Shown here: positions 1 through 9,607 of the stretch, one piece after another
Numbering within the stretch: the first letter of the stretch is position 1
Layout: the number at the start of each line of letters is the position of its first letter
Source of the DNA: Candidatus Saccharimonadota bacterium
Lineage (GTDB): Bacteria > Patescibacteriota > Saccharimonadia > QS-5-54-17
Reading direction: 5' to 3'
DNA length: 64,000 nt
Assembly: GCA_050486185.1 (NCBI GenBank)
Contig: JBJHCT010000001.1
Location: forward strand, 178,866 to 242,865
The notes under the pieces: model-generated
Told to the model about the DNA's origin: nothing
The model's database searches: none
The model's input: the letters and a program-made list of their open reading frames with translations, nothing else
Position numbers and translations under genes: made by a program

Positions 1-119
1 CCATTAGCGTAAGGCCAGGCTACGAAAACTGCAATTTTTCCCATTTCGTGAATAATTTTATCACGTTCTGGCTGTTCTTCAGAGGATTTCTCTGTAATTA
101 ACTCATGATTCATGTACAT
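1..119 (-). CDS. class I aminoacyl-tRNA synthetase, N-terminal fragment running off the window (MetRS-like)
   Basis: Hand translation of the minus strand gives MYMNHELITEKSSEEQPERDKIIHEMGKIAVFVAWPYANG. PYANG precedes the HIGH motif in MetRS-type enzymes. Only about 40 aa are visible. Confidence 0.4.
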   Translation of the reverse strand, partial: MYMNHELITEKSSEEQPERDKIIHEMGKIAVFVAWPYAN

Positions 120-153
120 ATTATAAACTAAACTTTATAAATAAGCAAATGTA

Positions 154-1134
154 TTAAGATATAATTTCAAATATTTTTTTATCAAATTGCTCAGGCCAAA
201 GCCTAAGTCTTATATAGTTTGCATCTTCTTGTCCAAACTCATCTCCTGAGCGAACAATTATACCTTGTCTTTTTAGTTCGTTTGCAATATTTATTTTATG
301 AGTTTGAATAAATATAAAATTAGCCTCTGTTTTAAAAAACTTTATGTTATTAGATCTTAAAAGCTTATATATCCTCTTCTTGTTCTGCTCATTTTTATTA
401 ATAGTATCTTGTATATACGTGTCTGTTTTTTTAAGAAGATACTCAAAACTATTATATTGTAAATCGCTAATGGAATAAGGGGTTAGTAGTTTTGCTAATA
501 CATTTATATTTTTTGAATTTGAAATGATATAGCCTAACCTTAAGCCAGGAAGCGCATATATTTTTGATAAGGAGCTTACCACATGTACATTTTCATATGT
601 TTCTATACTTTTTATCAATGAATTAATAGCGTAATTAGCAGAGAATCTTAGGTAGGTTTCATCTATTATAAAGTCGTGAATCCTAAAATGTTTTGCTAAA
701 CTAAGTATGTCTTCAGCGCTTATCAGTTTACCCGTGGGATTGTTGGGGTTGCATAATATTACAACAGCTGGCTTATCAATACTTTTACACCTCTTTTTTA
801 ATTTACTTACTACATTTTCTTGAATAGCGTTAACTCTAAATATTTTTGAGTCGTTTTTATTGTAAAATTCATATTCCCAGAATGTTGGGCTTAAAACTAC
901 TCTTGGACGATTTGAGAAATGATCAAGCAATATTCTAATAGCTTCAGTACTACCATTGGTTACCGATATCTGACCTTTTCCTAATGACATTATTTTTTCG
1001 ATAACTGAGTAGTCGTATTTACTATATTGATCACCCGCGTATTTGCCTAGAAAGCTCTCAAGATTTTTTTGTACAAAGTTTAAGTAGTTGATTGGAGGAC
1101 CTAAAGAGTTAAAGTTTTGAGATAAGTCTATCAT
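154..1134 (-). CDS. class I/II PLP-dependent aminotransferase (HisC/CobD-like)
   Basis: 326-aa ORF with NPNNPTG and SSLSKIYALPGLRLGY (PLP-lysine region), both typical of the family. The locus is very AT-rich. Confidence 0.6.
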   Translation of the reverse strand: MIDLSQNFNSLGPPINYLNFVQKNLESFLGKYAGDQYSKYDYSVIEKIMSLGKGQISVTNGSTEAIRILLDHFSNRPRVVLSPTFWEYEFYNKNDSKIFRVNAIQENVVSKLKKRCKSIDKPAVVILCNPNNPTGKLISAEDILSLAKHFRIHDFIIDETYLRFSANYAINSLIKSIETYENVHVVSSLSKIYALPGLRLGYIISNSKNINVLAKLLTPYSISDLQYNSFEYLLKKTDTYIQDTINKNEQNKKRIYKLLRSNNIKFFKTEANFIFIQTHKINIANELKRQGIIVRSGDEFGQEDANYIRLRLWPEQFDKKIFEIIS

Positions 1135-1764
1135 TTAGATGTCTGAATAAATGTTACGTATATATTCAAGAAGCTGGACTAGGTTTTTTTCATTCGTATT
1201 AGGATTGCCTGGCATAAATCGTAAAGGGTAGATTAATGCACCCTCTTCAAATACTCCTTTGTCAGGAATGCTGAATTGGTGTACATGGTATTTACCTTCA
1301 TCAATTATTCTTTTGTGTATAGCCTGATTTATTTGATTAATTTCATTGATTGAAATTCCTTTTATTTCTGGTTTATACATAAACGCTACAGCGTTTATGT
1401 CTACATCGTTTACAGAAACAAAGTCAGTAGACTTATCAACCATATTTTTAAGTTTTAATGCCAGATTATGTCTATCCTCGATAATTAGACCATAACCTTC
1501 TCTTCCAATATTCTTTATCGCAAACCATAGTTTAAGGGACAGCCAAGACTTACTGCCTATGTTTGGTGTAATTTGACCGAAGGCGTACTGTTCTTTCATT
1601 ATTAGGTCAGAAATACTGGAAATACTTTTCATTTTACCTGGATCTTTAACAAGTAGTGCGCTGAGAGTGTAGGGTATATTCATAACTTTATGTGGGTCAG
1701 TTGTAACACTGTCAAAAAGCTCAATTCCTTTTATTTTATGTTTGAGTTCTCTTTGTGTAGATAC
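1135..1764 (-). pseudogene. group II PLP-dependent decarboxylase, C-terminal fragment (N-terminal half missing)
   Basis: The ORF-track protein (182 aa) matches only the C-terminal small domain. Hand-extending the frame upstream gives SVTTDPHKVMNIPY, the D-x-HK PLP-lysine motif, then hits a stop at 1765-1767. No N-terminal major domain is present. Confidence 0.55.
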
Positions 1765-2783
1765 TCAGCGTGACGAAGATCTGCATCAGGACTGTCCAGT
1801 ATGTGTAGTGAGTACTGAAATGGAAGATTTTGGTACGGGCTTAATCCATCAAAATATGGTACTAAAGAAGAAAGCGTTTCATAATCAAAAAAATACAGTG
1901 GATATTCAAACCCTGAGAGAAACTCCGAAATACTATCCCGCTTTATAATCGGTCTGCCCGACCGGCTCGTTTCAAGATATAGGGCCTGTTTGGTCTTTAG
2001 TTTAAAGTCATCGGGTATATCGGAGATTAGATTAATACCAGCATCCTCAAGGTCGGCTAATTGTTTGGAGGTGAGTTGGTATAGGTTATAGATACTATCT
2101 GGCTCAACCTTCATGAGGTGTTTGTAAATATCTAGCCATTCCCGAAAAGCGTCCTTACTAGCTAGCGTAGGTGAAAGATCAGGCTTAACACCAGAGTTAA
2201 GCATATCTATCGCAGCTTGAGACTGCTCGGCAACAAGCTCCCTATTATCCTTAACTTTTTCGGTGATATCGGTTATCTCTGTTAAACCTTTTGCATCTAT
2301 GTCGCCATGGCGTACATACTGGCTGTTTACATGTACGACTGCAATATTTCGCACTTCAAATCCACACCCCTCTAAAACTATTGTTTGAAATGCTAAATCA
2401 ATCTCATGGTCAGGCTTGGCGCTACTACTAGACTTGATCTCATATAGGTCAACAGTTTTGTCATCTACAAGCTCGATAATGTCACAGATGAAGGTGCGGT
2501 CCTCATACTCAAAGCGTCCCTGGAATATAGTGGTTGCACCATCCTCTAAAGCTTTTAGCGTACGTTCAGGTAGCGTTTTATACTCTTCATAATTATCAAA
2601 TCCTAATCTTACTCCACCTGGGAATAGTGATTCTGCATAGGGTTCAAAAGCATTGCCTGTGTCGAATATAGCCTGTAGCTTGTCGCTGACTGGCGGTAGC
2701 TTAGAAGGGTCATGTTTTTTTAACCACAGCCAAGCTGGGTGTTTTAAGTACGTCATGTAGTCTGATTTAGAGAGTTGCATCAT
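1731..2783 (-). CDS. DUF2779-like PD-(D/E)XK (RecB/Cas4-like) nuclease domain protein, probably C-terminally truncated
   Basis: LSKSDYMTYLKHPAWLWLKKH N-terminus, DLYEIKSSSS nuclease motif and YPLYFFDYETLSSLVPY...PFQYSLHIL motif, as I recall for DUF2779. The ORF ends soon after that motif and overlaps the decarboxylase fragment. Confidence 0.5.
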   Translation of the reverse strand: MMQLSKSDYMTYLKHPAWLWLKKHDPSKLPPVSDKLQAIFDTGNAFEPYAESLFPGGVRLGFDNYEEYKTLPERTLKALEDGATTIFQGRFEYEDRTFICDIIELVDDKTVDLYEIKSSSSAKPDHEIDLAFQTIVLEGCGFEVRNIAVVHVNSQYVRHGDIDAKGLTEITDITEKVKDNRELVAEQSQAAIDMLNSGVKPDLSPTLASKDAFREWLDIYKHLMKVEPDSIYNLYQLTSKQLADLEDAGINLISDIPDDFKLKTKQALYLETSRSGRPIIKRDSISEFLSGFEYPLYFFDYETLSSLVPYFDGLSPYQNLPFQYSLHILDSPDADLRHAEYLHKENSNIK

Positions 2784-3888
2784 TCAATTCATCGAGTAAA
2801 CTTCTGTAAATTGCAATAAACTCGTCAATTTCGGAAGATTTTGACATTTGATTTGGTGATATGTACAGCCTGCTGGATTTTATATTTTGATCACTTTTAC
2901 CAAACAATCCCTTTGAAATAACCTGACTGTATAAGTCGCGCAAGACATTAACCATCGGCGATTTTTTTTCATAGAAAAAGTACGAGAGCATTCCGTTTGA
3001 TTCAAACTCGTAGTTATATTTTTCATCAAGAAAGAATGATTTAGCAAAATCTTCATCGCCCCGCTTTGATTTATAGTACTCAATGCGTCCACCGGTTTTT
3101 GTAGAGAGTATCTTATTCAATTCGTGAATTTGTACTGCTTGTTTGACAGTTAGGGCACTCTTATCATACTGGCCAAGCTTCAATATGTTTAGAAATGTTT
3201 CTTCATCACATGGTTCAGAGTCAACATTAGTCCCGGTCTTTTTAGAAGTTGATACTTCCTTCTTAACTTCAGCACCATAGATTTTAGGAATAATTATTTC
3301 AAATGATTTATGCTTATAGTACTCAAGCTCCACAGCATACAAATCAAATCTGCTGTTTTGGTTTACAAAAATCACTAGATCCTTAAGTGCATCATGTAAT
3401 TTGTCCATAAGTACAACGAACTTAATGCTTCCGTCATGAAGGTTAGATCTAATTGTTGCAATGTTATCTGTTGCATCGTCTAGTTCAAAGAAATCGGCAT
3501 AGGCCTGACGAAAAGAGTTGGTAAACTCCTTTTGACAGTGCTCGTCGATTCTTGACTCAAAATCTTCAAAGTTAACAGCATGACGCCATAGAGATGCTCC
3601 ATAGTCTAGAGCCTGTGCTACGACCGTTCGTTTGTCTGGATTTTTATAAAGCTTGGTCTCAACAACATAGATATTGCCGTTTGCGTCAAATCCCAAAGCG
3701 TCTATAGGGCCACTCTTAGTGTTAAACTCTCGTGCCGCAATGAATAAGCGTGTATCTTCGTCTATATCGTAGAGTGGTATTGCATCAGGGTTATCATAAA
3801 TATATTGTTGCAGCTTGTCTTCAAGCCCAAACTGAGACTCATCAATACGTTTTGCGTCTTTCCCGTTTTCAGAAATAATTATTGCCAT
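2767..3888 (-). CDS. PD-(D/E)XK nuclease-like protein (NucS/DUF91-like N-terminal domain) with unknown C-terminal domain
   Basis: GPIDALGFDANGNIYVVETKL gives a D...E-x-K pattern. There is a 17-nt overlap with the downstream nuclease-like ORF. Confidence 0.45.
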   Translation of the reverse strand: MAIIISENGKDAKRIDESQFGLEDKLQQYIYDNPDAIPLYDIDEDTRLFIAAREFNTKSGPIDALGFDANGNIYVVETKLYKNPDKRTVVAQALDYGASLWRHAVNFEDFESRIDEHCQKEFTNSFRQAYADFFELDDATDNIATIRSNLHDGSIKFVVLMDKLHDALKDLVIFVNQNSRFDLYAVELEYYKHKSFEIIIPKIYGAEVKKEVSTSKKTGTNVDSEPCDEETFLNILKLGQYDKSALTVKQAVQIHELNKILSTKTGGRIEYYKSKRGDEDFAKSFFLDEKYNYEFESNGMLSYFFYEKKSPMVNVLRDLYSQVISKGLFGKSDQNIKSSRLYISPNQMSKSSEIDEFIAIYRSLLDELNDATL

Positions 3889-3998
3889 GTTTTGAGTTTA
3901 ACACTTTTTACATACTAAAGTTACTTTCACAAGCCCTATTATTAAGACCCGTACATCATAGGGTGAGTAATTCATGGACTTGCCCTTGGTGTCTGTAT

Positions 3999-4072
3999 TG
4001 GCTGGGGTGCTAGGATTCGAACCTAGGATCACGGTACCAAAAACCGTTGCCTTACCACTTGGCTACACCCCA
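3999..4072 (-). tRNA. tRNA-Gln (anticodon TTG)
   Basis: Hand-folded cloverleaf: acceptor TGGGGTG/CACCCCA, anticodon arm ACGGT-TTTTGGT-ACCGT, T-arm CTAGG-TTCGAAT-CCTAG, encoded CCA. Confidence 0.85.
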
Positions 4073-4188
4073 TCAGTGTAGTTTAGATTATCCTTGATTA
4101 AACACAGCTATTGTAGCAAATCATAGGTATTAGCGCTACGAAAAGGGGTATTGCTTCTAACTCCTATCTATTAGATACTATATCTAAT

Positions 4189-5256
4189 ATGAAAAAGTTA
4201 GGTGATCTAATGCAGCTTAAAGTAGATGTAAGTAATAAAACTATTTTCAGAGTCTTTGCTGTAGCACTAGTATTTTTACTAGCCATACAATTTGTGATGG
4301 TAGCTCGCACTGCTCTAGTACTGATTTTCGTCTCTTTCTTCTTAGCCATAGCATTTAACCCGGTAGTTAGCTATCTGTCACAGTGGATGCCAAGAAAAAG
4401 TCGAGGGCTAGCAACTGCCTCTACCTATGTAGTGGTTATAGTAGTTTTTGGTGTATTGATCTCCTCCCTGCTACCTCCTATCGCTAGACAGACCGGTCAG
4501 TTAATTGATAGCTTGCCAGGATACATACAGCAGCTTCAGGAATCTGATGGAGTTCTGAGCTCTATAGTAGGATATTATGATACCGAGGATGCTGGTACTA
4601 ACTTGCAAGAAGAGCTAACGCAGAGGTTCTCTGGTGCTAGTGAGCCGGTATTAGCTTTCATGGGCCGCATATTTTCAAATGTAGTCTCTACTCTAACTGT
4701 ACTTGTTGTAACCTTCTTCATGTTGGTAGAAGGGCCGCGTTGGGTTAATAAGTTCTGGGATCTACATCCCAAACATCACCGCAAGCACCGTCAGAGTTTG
4801 GCCGATAAGATGTATAGGATTATTACAGCCTACGTCAACGGCCAGCTACTAATAGCCGCTATCAACGGTCTAGTTACTTTCATAGTCTTAAGTATTGTCG
4901 GCATCCCATACGCCCTATCACTAGCCGCTATATCGGCTCTACTTGGTCTAATTCCGGTCATAGGTACTACTTTAGGTGCAGTTATCATCATAACTGTCGG
5001 ACTATTCGAGTCAACAACTGCAGCTATCATCCTAACTATCTACTTCATAGTCTATCAACAGATTGAAAACAACGTTATTCAACCAGCTATACAGTCTAGA
5101 TCACTAGGCATGTCTCCACTTCTAATTTTGATCTCAGTGATTATCGGTTTCTCGCTAGCCGGTATCTTGGGCGGTCTATTAGCTATACCGATTATGGGTT
5201 GCTTGCGAGTTTTGGTACTTGACTACATTAAGCAACATCACCTTGCTAATGCCTAA
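4189..5256 (+). CDS. AI-2E family (PerM-like) transporter
   Basis: Multi-TM 355-aa protein with YFIVYQQIENNVIQP, typical of the AI-2E family. Confidence 0.8.
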   Translation: MKKLGDLMQLKVDVSNKTIFRVFAVALVFLLAIQFVMVARTALVLIFVSFFLAIAFNPVVSYLSQWMPRKSRGLATASTYVVVIVVFGVLISSLLPPIARQTGQLIDSLPGYIQQLQESDGVLSSIVGYYDTEDAGTNLQEELTQRFSGASEPVLAFMGRIFSNVVSTLTVLVVTFFMLVEGPRWVNKFWDLHPKHHRKHRQSLADKMYRIITAYVNGQLLIAAINGLVTFIVLSIVGIPYALSLAAISALLGLIPVIGTTLGAVIIITVGLFESTTAAIILTIYFIVYQQIENNVIQPAIQSRSLGMSPLLILISVIIGFSLAGILGGLLAIPIMGCLRVLVLDYIKQHHLANA

Positions 5257-5287
5257 AAAGAACTCTAAAAAGGAGTTTTAAAGTAAC

Positions 5288-6343
5288 ATGCAGGCAACTA
5301 TCGACATTTCTACCAAGGCAATCGTTAGAAGACTACTATTTGTAGTAGCTTTATTGGCTATAGCTACACTAGCTTACAACCTCCAGGGCGTTATTAGGAT
5401 GTTTATCATCGCCTTTTTCATAGCTTTAGTGATGCATGGACCAACCACTAAGCTGCAACAGTACGTTATAGCTCAAAACCGTAAACTAGCTGCCATAGTG
5501 GCCTTTATGTCGATTGGCTTTGTAGTCTCTGTCGTTATAGCCCTAGTAATACCAGTGATATCAAATCAAGCTAGAGAACTAGCCTTGCAAGCTCCGGGAT
5601 ATTTCCATGATCTGTCTAGTGGGGATGGATTTATATCTACTTGGATGCAGAATCTAGATATAGTTGGTAGTTTCCAGGACTTTCTAGCGAGTATTGCTAG
5701 TGGTTTAACTCTATCAGTTGATTTAATTATCGACGTTGCAGCTAGGGTTTTAGATAACATCATAACCTTCCTATTTACTATAGTTTTAGCCTTTCTGATG
5801 GTAGTTGAAGGGCCAAATTGGGCTAAACAGTCGAAGAAGTTCATACCAAAGTCCGCATCCCCTGCTTTAACTGAGTTGATGCCAAAGATGTACAAGGCAG
5901 TTACTGGTTTTGTGGCAGGACAGATTATTGTCACCTCTATAGCGGCTACAGCTACATTGATACTGTTATTTATATTCGGTGTTCCCGCTCCATTGTCTCT
6001 AGCGGCTGTCATATGGGTGACGGGCCTAATCCCACTCATCGGTAATACTCTAGGCGCAGTTATAGTTGTCGCAGTAGCGCTATCACAATCAGTCTTTGTA
6101 GCTATCTTCCTAGGAGTCTACTACATCATCTATCAGCAAATTGAAAACAATGTTTTTGAGCCGATTGTGCAGTCTAGAACAGTCAGTCTAACTCCACTAT
6201 ATGTCATTATCTCAGCCGTTATAGGTGTTTTTGCCGCCGGCTTTATAGGAGCGTTGATCGCTATACCGGTTGGAGCTTGTGTGAAGATTGTAGCTGAACA
6301 CTTCCTAAATGAGAGTTTAGACCCGGATAAATCTAGTACTTAA
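5288..6343 (+). CDS. AI-2E family (PerM-like) transporter, tandem paralog
   Basis: Multi-TM 351-aa protein with YYIIYQQIENNVFEP. Paralogous to the upstream gene. Confidence 0.8.
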   Translation: MQATIDISTKAIVRRLLFVVALLAIATLAYNLQGVIRMFIIAFFIALVMHGPTTKLQQYVIAQNRKLAAIVAFMSIGFVVSVVIALVIPVISNQARELALQAPGYFHDLSSGDGFISTWMQNLDIVGSFQDFLASIASGLTLSVDLIIDVAARVLDNIITFLFTIVLAFLMVVEGPNWAKQSKKFIPKSASPALTELMPKMYKAVTGFVAGQIIVTSIAATATLILLFIFGVPAPLSLAAVIWVTGLIPLIGNTLGAVIVVAVALSQSVFVAIFLGVYYIIYQQIENNVFEPIVQSRTVSLTPLYVIISAVIGVFAAGFIGALIAIPVGACVKIVAEHFLNESLDPDKSST

Positions 6344-7148
6344 TACAGTAAAGTAAAGCGATGTTACGAGGGCGAGCTTCTGTCCCACCGCTATCTGCAG
6401 TATTGCCGGATATGCTATGAGTATGAGACCCATTACTGGTTGTAGACATAGTGCCATTACGGAAATACATTGTTGCATCATCATGTATCCCACCCTGACT
6501 AAAGCGAGGATTACTGCCGTCTTTTACTCTAAGTCCAGCCGTTTCACCAACAGTAGGTACAGTTATAGTTGGGCTAGATCCATTGTTTGCAATCATACGG
6601 ACTTGATTTAGGTAGTTCTGGGTATGTGTATGTGCTCCATCTGAGGCTGCTGTCAGTGATCCTGAATCATGTTGATGCTCTTTATTTTGATCTGCCTGAG
6701 CTGAACCTAAGTCTCTTCCGGTATCTACCCCTCTACCATCATCCCAAGCCCTAAGAAATTCACCCCTTAAGTCAGGTAGGTTAAAAGTAGTCGACCCATC
6801 ACCTACGCCATATTCAGTACCTATAATTGCAAATAAGTCTGCATACTGAGTGCGAGATACTGCCTGACCGTTACATTTCAGCCAGCCGTCAGGTTCTGCG
6901 TTCATAATAAAGCTCATAATAGCTCCTGGAGGAACCGAGGGTGCGCTGCTGCCAGTCACCCAAGTTGAGGTAGCCTCCTCATAGACCAACGTATCTCCAT
7001 CACTAGGACTATTAGCTGCAAGATTACTAATTTGCTCTAAGTTAATATTTCTCAAGCTACCATCTTGATTGTGGGCCACTTCAAGGAACTCATTTAGTAT
7101 GTCTCCCCAGGTACCAATATCTTCGCCTGGTATAGGCAGACGCGCCAT
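6333..7148 (-). CDS. phage tail collar domain protein (tail-fibre-like)
   Basis: TFNLPDLRGEFLRAW collar motif, C-terminal TEARPRNIALLYCIKY, N-terminal PIPGEDIGTWGDILNEFL as in many fibre proteins. Confidence 0.75.
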   Translation of the reverse strand: MARLPIPGEDIGTWGDILNEFLEVAHNQDGSLRNINLEQISNLAANSPSDGDTLVYEEATSTWVTGSSAPSVPPGAIMSFIMNAEPDGWLKCNGQAVSRTQYADLFAIIGTEYGVGDGSTTFNLPDLRGEFLRAWDDGRGVDTGRDLGSAQADQNKEHQHDSGSLTAASDGAHTHTQNYLNQVRMIANNGSSPTITVPTVGETAGLRVKDGSNPRFSQGGIHDDATMYFRNGTMSTTSNGSHTHSISGNTADSGGTEARPRNIALLYCIKY

Positions 7149-7220
7149 AAACTATCTCCTTAATTAAAAACTATTTTTATATATATATTTTAGCATGAGC
7201 TTAAATATATGAGTAATAAG

Positions 7221-8591
7221 CTACACCCTACTCCATATCTGTCCAGCCGGCGTATCACGCACCTCCAAGCCTTTATCTAGTAGCCTGTCTCTGAGTTCAT
7301 CTGCTAGCTTCCAGTCACTAGCCTCTCTAGCCTGAGAGCGCTTCTCAAGCAGCTCCTTATCACTCTTCTTGATATCGGTAGTTTTAAGCAGGTCTAGTCC
7401 TAACACCTGATCTACTAGTCCTAAATACTCTTCAAACTCCTCTCTTTGGTTCTCACCTACCAAGTAATCAGAGATCATACGAAAACTATCACCTAGCGCG
7501 CTCAAGGCTTTAGGTGTGTTGATATCCTCAGCCATAGCTTTTAGGAAATTATCAGTATGCTTAGTGAAATCTATATTCGAATTATCACTTATGGGCTGCC
7601 AGCGTAAATCTGCTACTGCATGTAAGCTCTTTAGTCTAGTAGCGGCAGTATCTAGTAAATCCCAAGAAAAATCTATACTAGATCGATAGTGGGACTGCAA
7701 TATCAGTAGCCTTAGAGCCATAGGATCATATCCTTTATCTACAACCTCTTTGATAGTATAAAAGTTGCCTTTTGATTTAGCCATTTTAGAGCCTTTAATG
7801 TTTAGGAATCCGCTATGTAGCCAGTACTTAACGAAAGGAGTTTTTCCTGATATGGACTCCATCTGAGTGATCTCTGCTTCGTGGTGTGGGAAGATTAGAT
7901 CTACTGCTCCACCATGGATATCGTACTGGTCGCCAAAGATTTCTTGGGTGATGGCGGTATCTTCTATATGCCAACCCGGCCTACCACTACCAAAAGGAGC
8001 ATGCCACTCCGGTTCATTTGGTTTAGAAAACTTCCATAAACAAAAGTCATTCCAACCCCTCTTTTTATCACTCTCATCTATGCGGCTTTGAGCGTCATCC
8101 TCAGCTATCTCTGCTCGTCCAGATAACTTGCCATAATCAGGAAACTTAGCAATCTCAAAATAGATACCGTCGCCTTTGATGGTGTAGGCAAAACCTTTAT
8201 CTAGTAATACCTCTACTTGTTTGATGATGTTGTCGATATGATCAGTTGCTCTAGCATATTTATCTACAGAAACGTTGTTGAGTAACTTCATATCTTCTAT
8301 GTATAGCTTTTCGTACTTTTTGGCTAGTTCTTGTGGGTCTTTACCCTCAACTTCTGCTCTATCGATAATCTTGTCATCAATATCAGTGATGTTTTGTAAA
8401 TAAAACACCTTATACCCTAAAGCCTTTAGAGTTCTAGCTACTACATCCATAGCTACGTAAGTCTTGGCGTGTCCTATATGGGTATGATCATAAACGGTTG
8501 GACCACAGACAAAGAAGTTGACCCTTGTCTCATCCAGGGGCTTAAAATCTTCTAATTTACCACCTAAAGTATTATGCAGTTTTAGCTGCAT
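7221..8591 (-). CDS. cysS: cysteine--tRNA ligase
   Basis: HIGHAKTY (HIGH) and KMAKSKGN (KMSKS) motifs. 456 aa. Confidence 0.95.
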   Translation of the reverse strand: MQLKLHNTLGGKLEDFKPLDETRVNFFVCGPTVYDHTHIGHAKTYVAMDVVARTLKALGYKVFYLQNITDIDDKIIDRAEVEGKDPQELAKKYEKLYIEDMKLLNNVSVDKYARATDHIDNIIKQVEVLLDKGFAYTIKGDGIYFEIAKFPDYGKLSGRAEIAEDDAQSRIDESDKKRGWNDFCLWKFSKPNEPEWHAPFGSGRPGWHIEDTAITQEIFGDQYDIHGGAVDLIFPHHEAEITQMESISGKTPFVKYWLHSGFLNIKGSKMAKSKGNFYTIKEVVDKGYDPMALRLLILQSHYRSSIDFSWDLLDTAATRLKSLHAVADLRWQPISDNSNIDFTKHTDNFLKAMAEDINTPKALSALGDSFRMISDYLVGENQREEFEEYLGLVDQVLGLDLLKTTDIKKSDKELLEKRSQAREASDWKLADELRDRLLDKGLEVRDTPAGQIWSRV

Positions 8592-9607
8592 TATTTATTC
8601 TCCTCATTACTGTAATACTCATCCATATACTTATCGGCCATTTTAACTAGCTTATTTCTGGCTTGCTTGAGAGATCTAGCCTCTATCCTACAACCAGCGG
8701 CTAGGTCATGTCCACCACCACCGAATTCCTCAGCGATTTTGCGCGCTACGGGTATATGAGCCCTCATAGTTATGGTAAAGAGATTGTGACCCACGTCAGT
8801 GACACCGATACTTAATTTAACGTCCTTAACGGTCAATAGCTCATATTTAATATATTCAGATATTGAGCCTCTAGTTTTCAGCCATTTGCGCAAACGCTTG
8901 CTAGTGCTAAAGATAGCGACTCTACCATCTAAATAGTATTTGGTTTTAGCAGCTAGTTTGCTTTTAGCTCGGTAGGTATCCTTGTCGATAGCAAAAGCCT
9001 GGTCATACTCGTAGTTAATATCGGCTATGTTGATACCATAATCAAGCAGCTCGCCAACTGTCCTGAGATGTTCTGAGCTGATCTTATCGATCATTAATTT
9101 ACGGGTATCATACATATATGCTAGTAATATGAGACGAGCAAACTCTTTATCTATGGGCCAATTTAGCTCTTTAGCGATTCTATAAACTATCTCAGCTGCA
9201 GCCGGAGCATTGCTATCTACAATTTTCAGATCGGCAAAATCAAAAGAGCCGGGTATTTCTGGATGGTGATCAATGATTATGAAGTTCTTTTTCTTAAGCC
9301 CTGGGCCTTGGTCTTTGAGAGCTTGAGAGATTAATTTCTCCTCATTAGTATCAGTTACTATTACAGTGTCGTATTCTTCGGGGAATTCATCGACAAAATA
9401 CTCACCAAATAGCTCCTCGTTAGCTCCTCTGAGCTGTTTGAGGCAGACCAAGGTATTAGCTACGTTGATAGAGTCAAGCCCCAACTTTATAGCTACTGAT
9501 GAGGCTAGACTATCAAGATCGGGATTATCTGGCTGAAGTAATACTACGTGATGAGAATCTAGTAACATATTATCTAGCTGTTTGATGAGCTGTTTGTTGA
9601 TACTCAT
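8591..9607 (-). CDS. DHH family phosphoesterase (NrnA-like)
   Basis: IIIDHHP and GGGHDLAAG motifs. Confidence 0.8.
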   Translation of the reverse strand: MSINKQLIKQLDNMLLDSHHVVLLQPDNPDLDSLASSVAIKLGLDSINVANTLVCLKQLRGANEELFGEYFVDEFPEEYDTVIVTDTNEEKLISQALKDQGPGLKKKNFIIIDHHPEIPGSFDFADLKIVDSNAPAAAEIVYRIAKELNWPIDKEFARLILLAYMYDTRKLMIDKISSEHLRTVGELLDYGINIADINYEYDQAFAIDKDTYRAKSKLAAKTKYYLDGRVAIFSTSKRLRKWLKTRGSISEYIKYELLTVKDVKLSIGVTDVGHNLFTITMRAHIPVARKIAEEFGGGGHDLAAGCRIEARSLKQARNKLVKMADKYMDEYYSNEENK

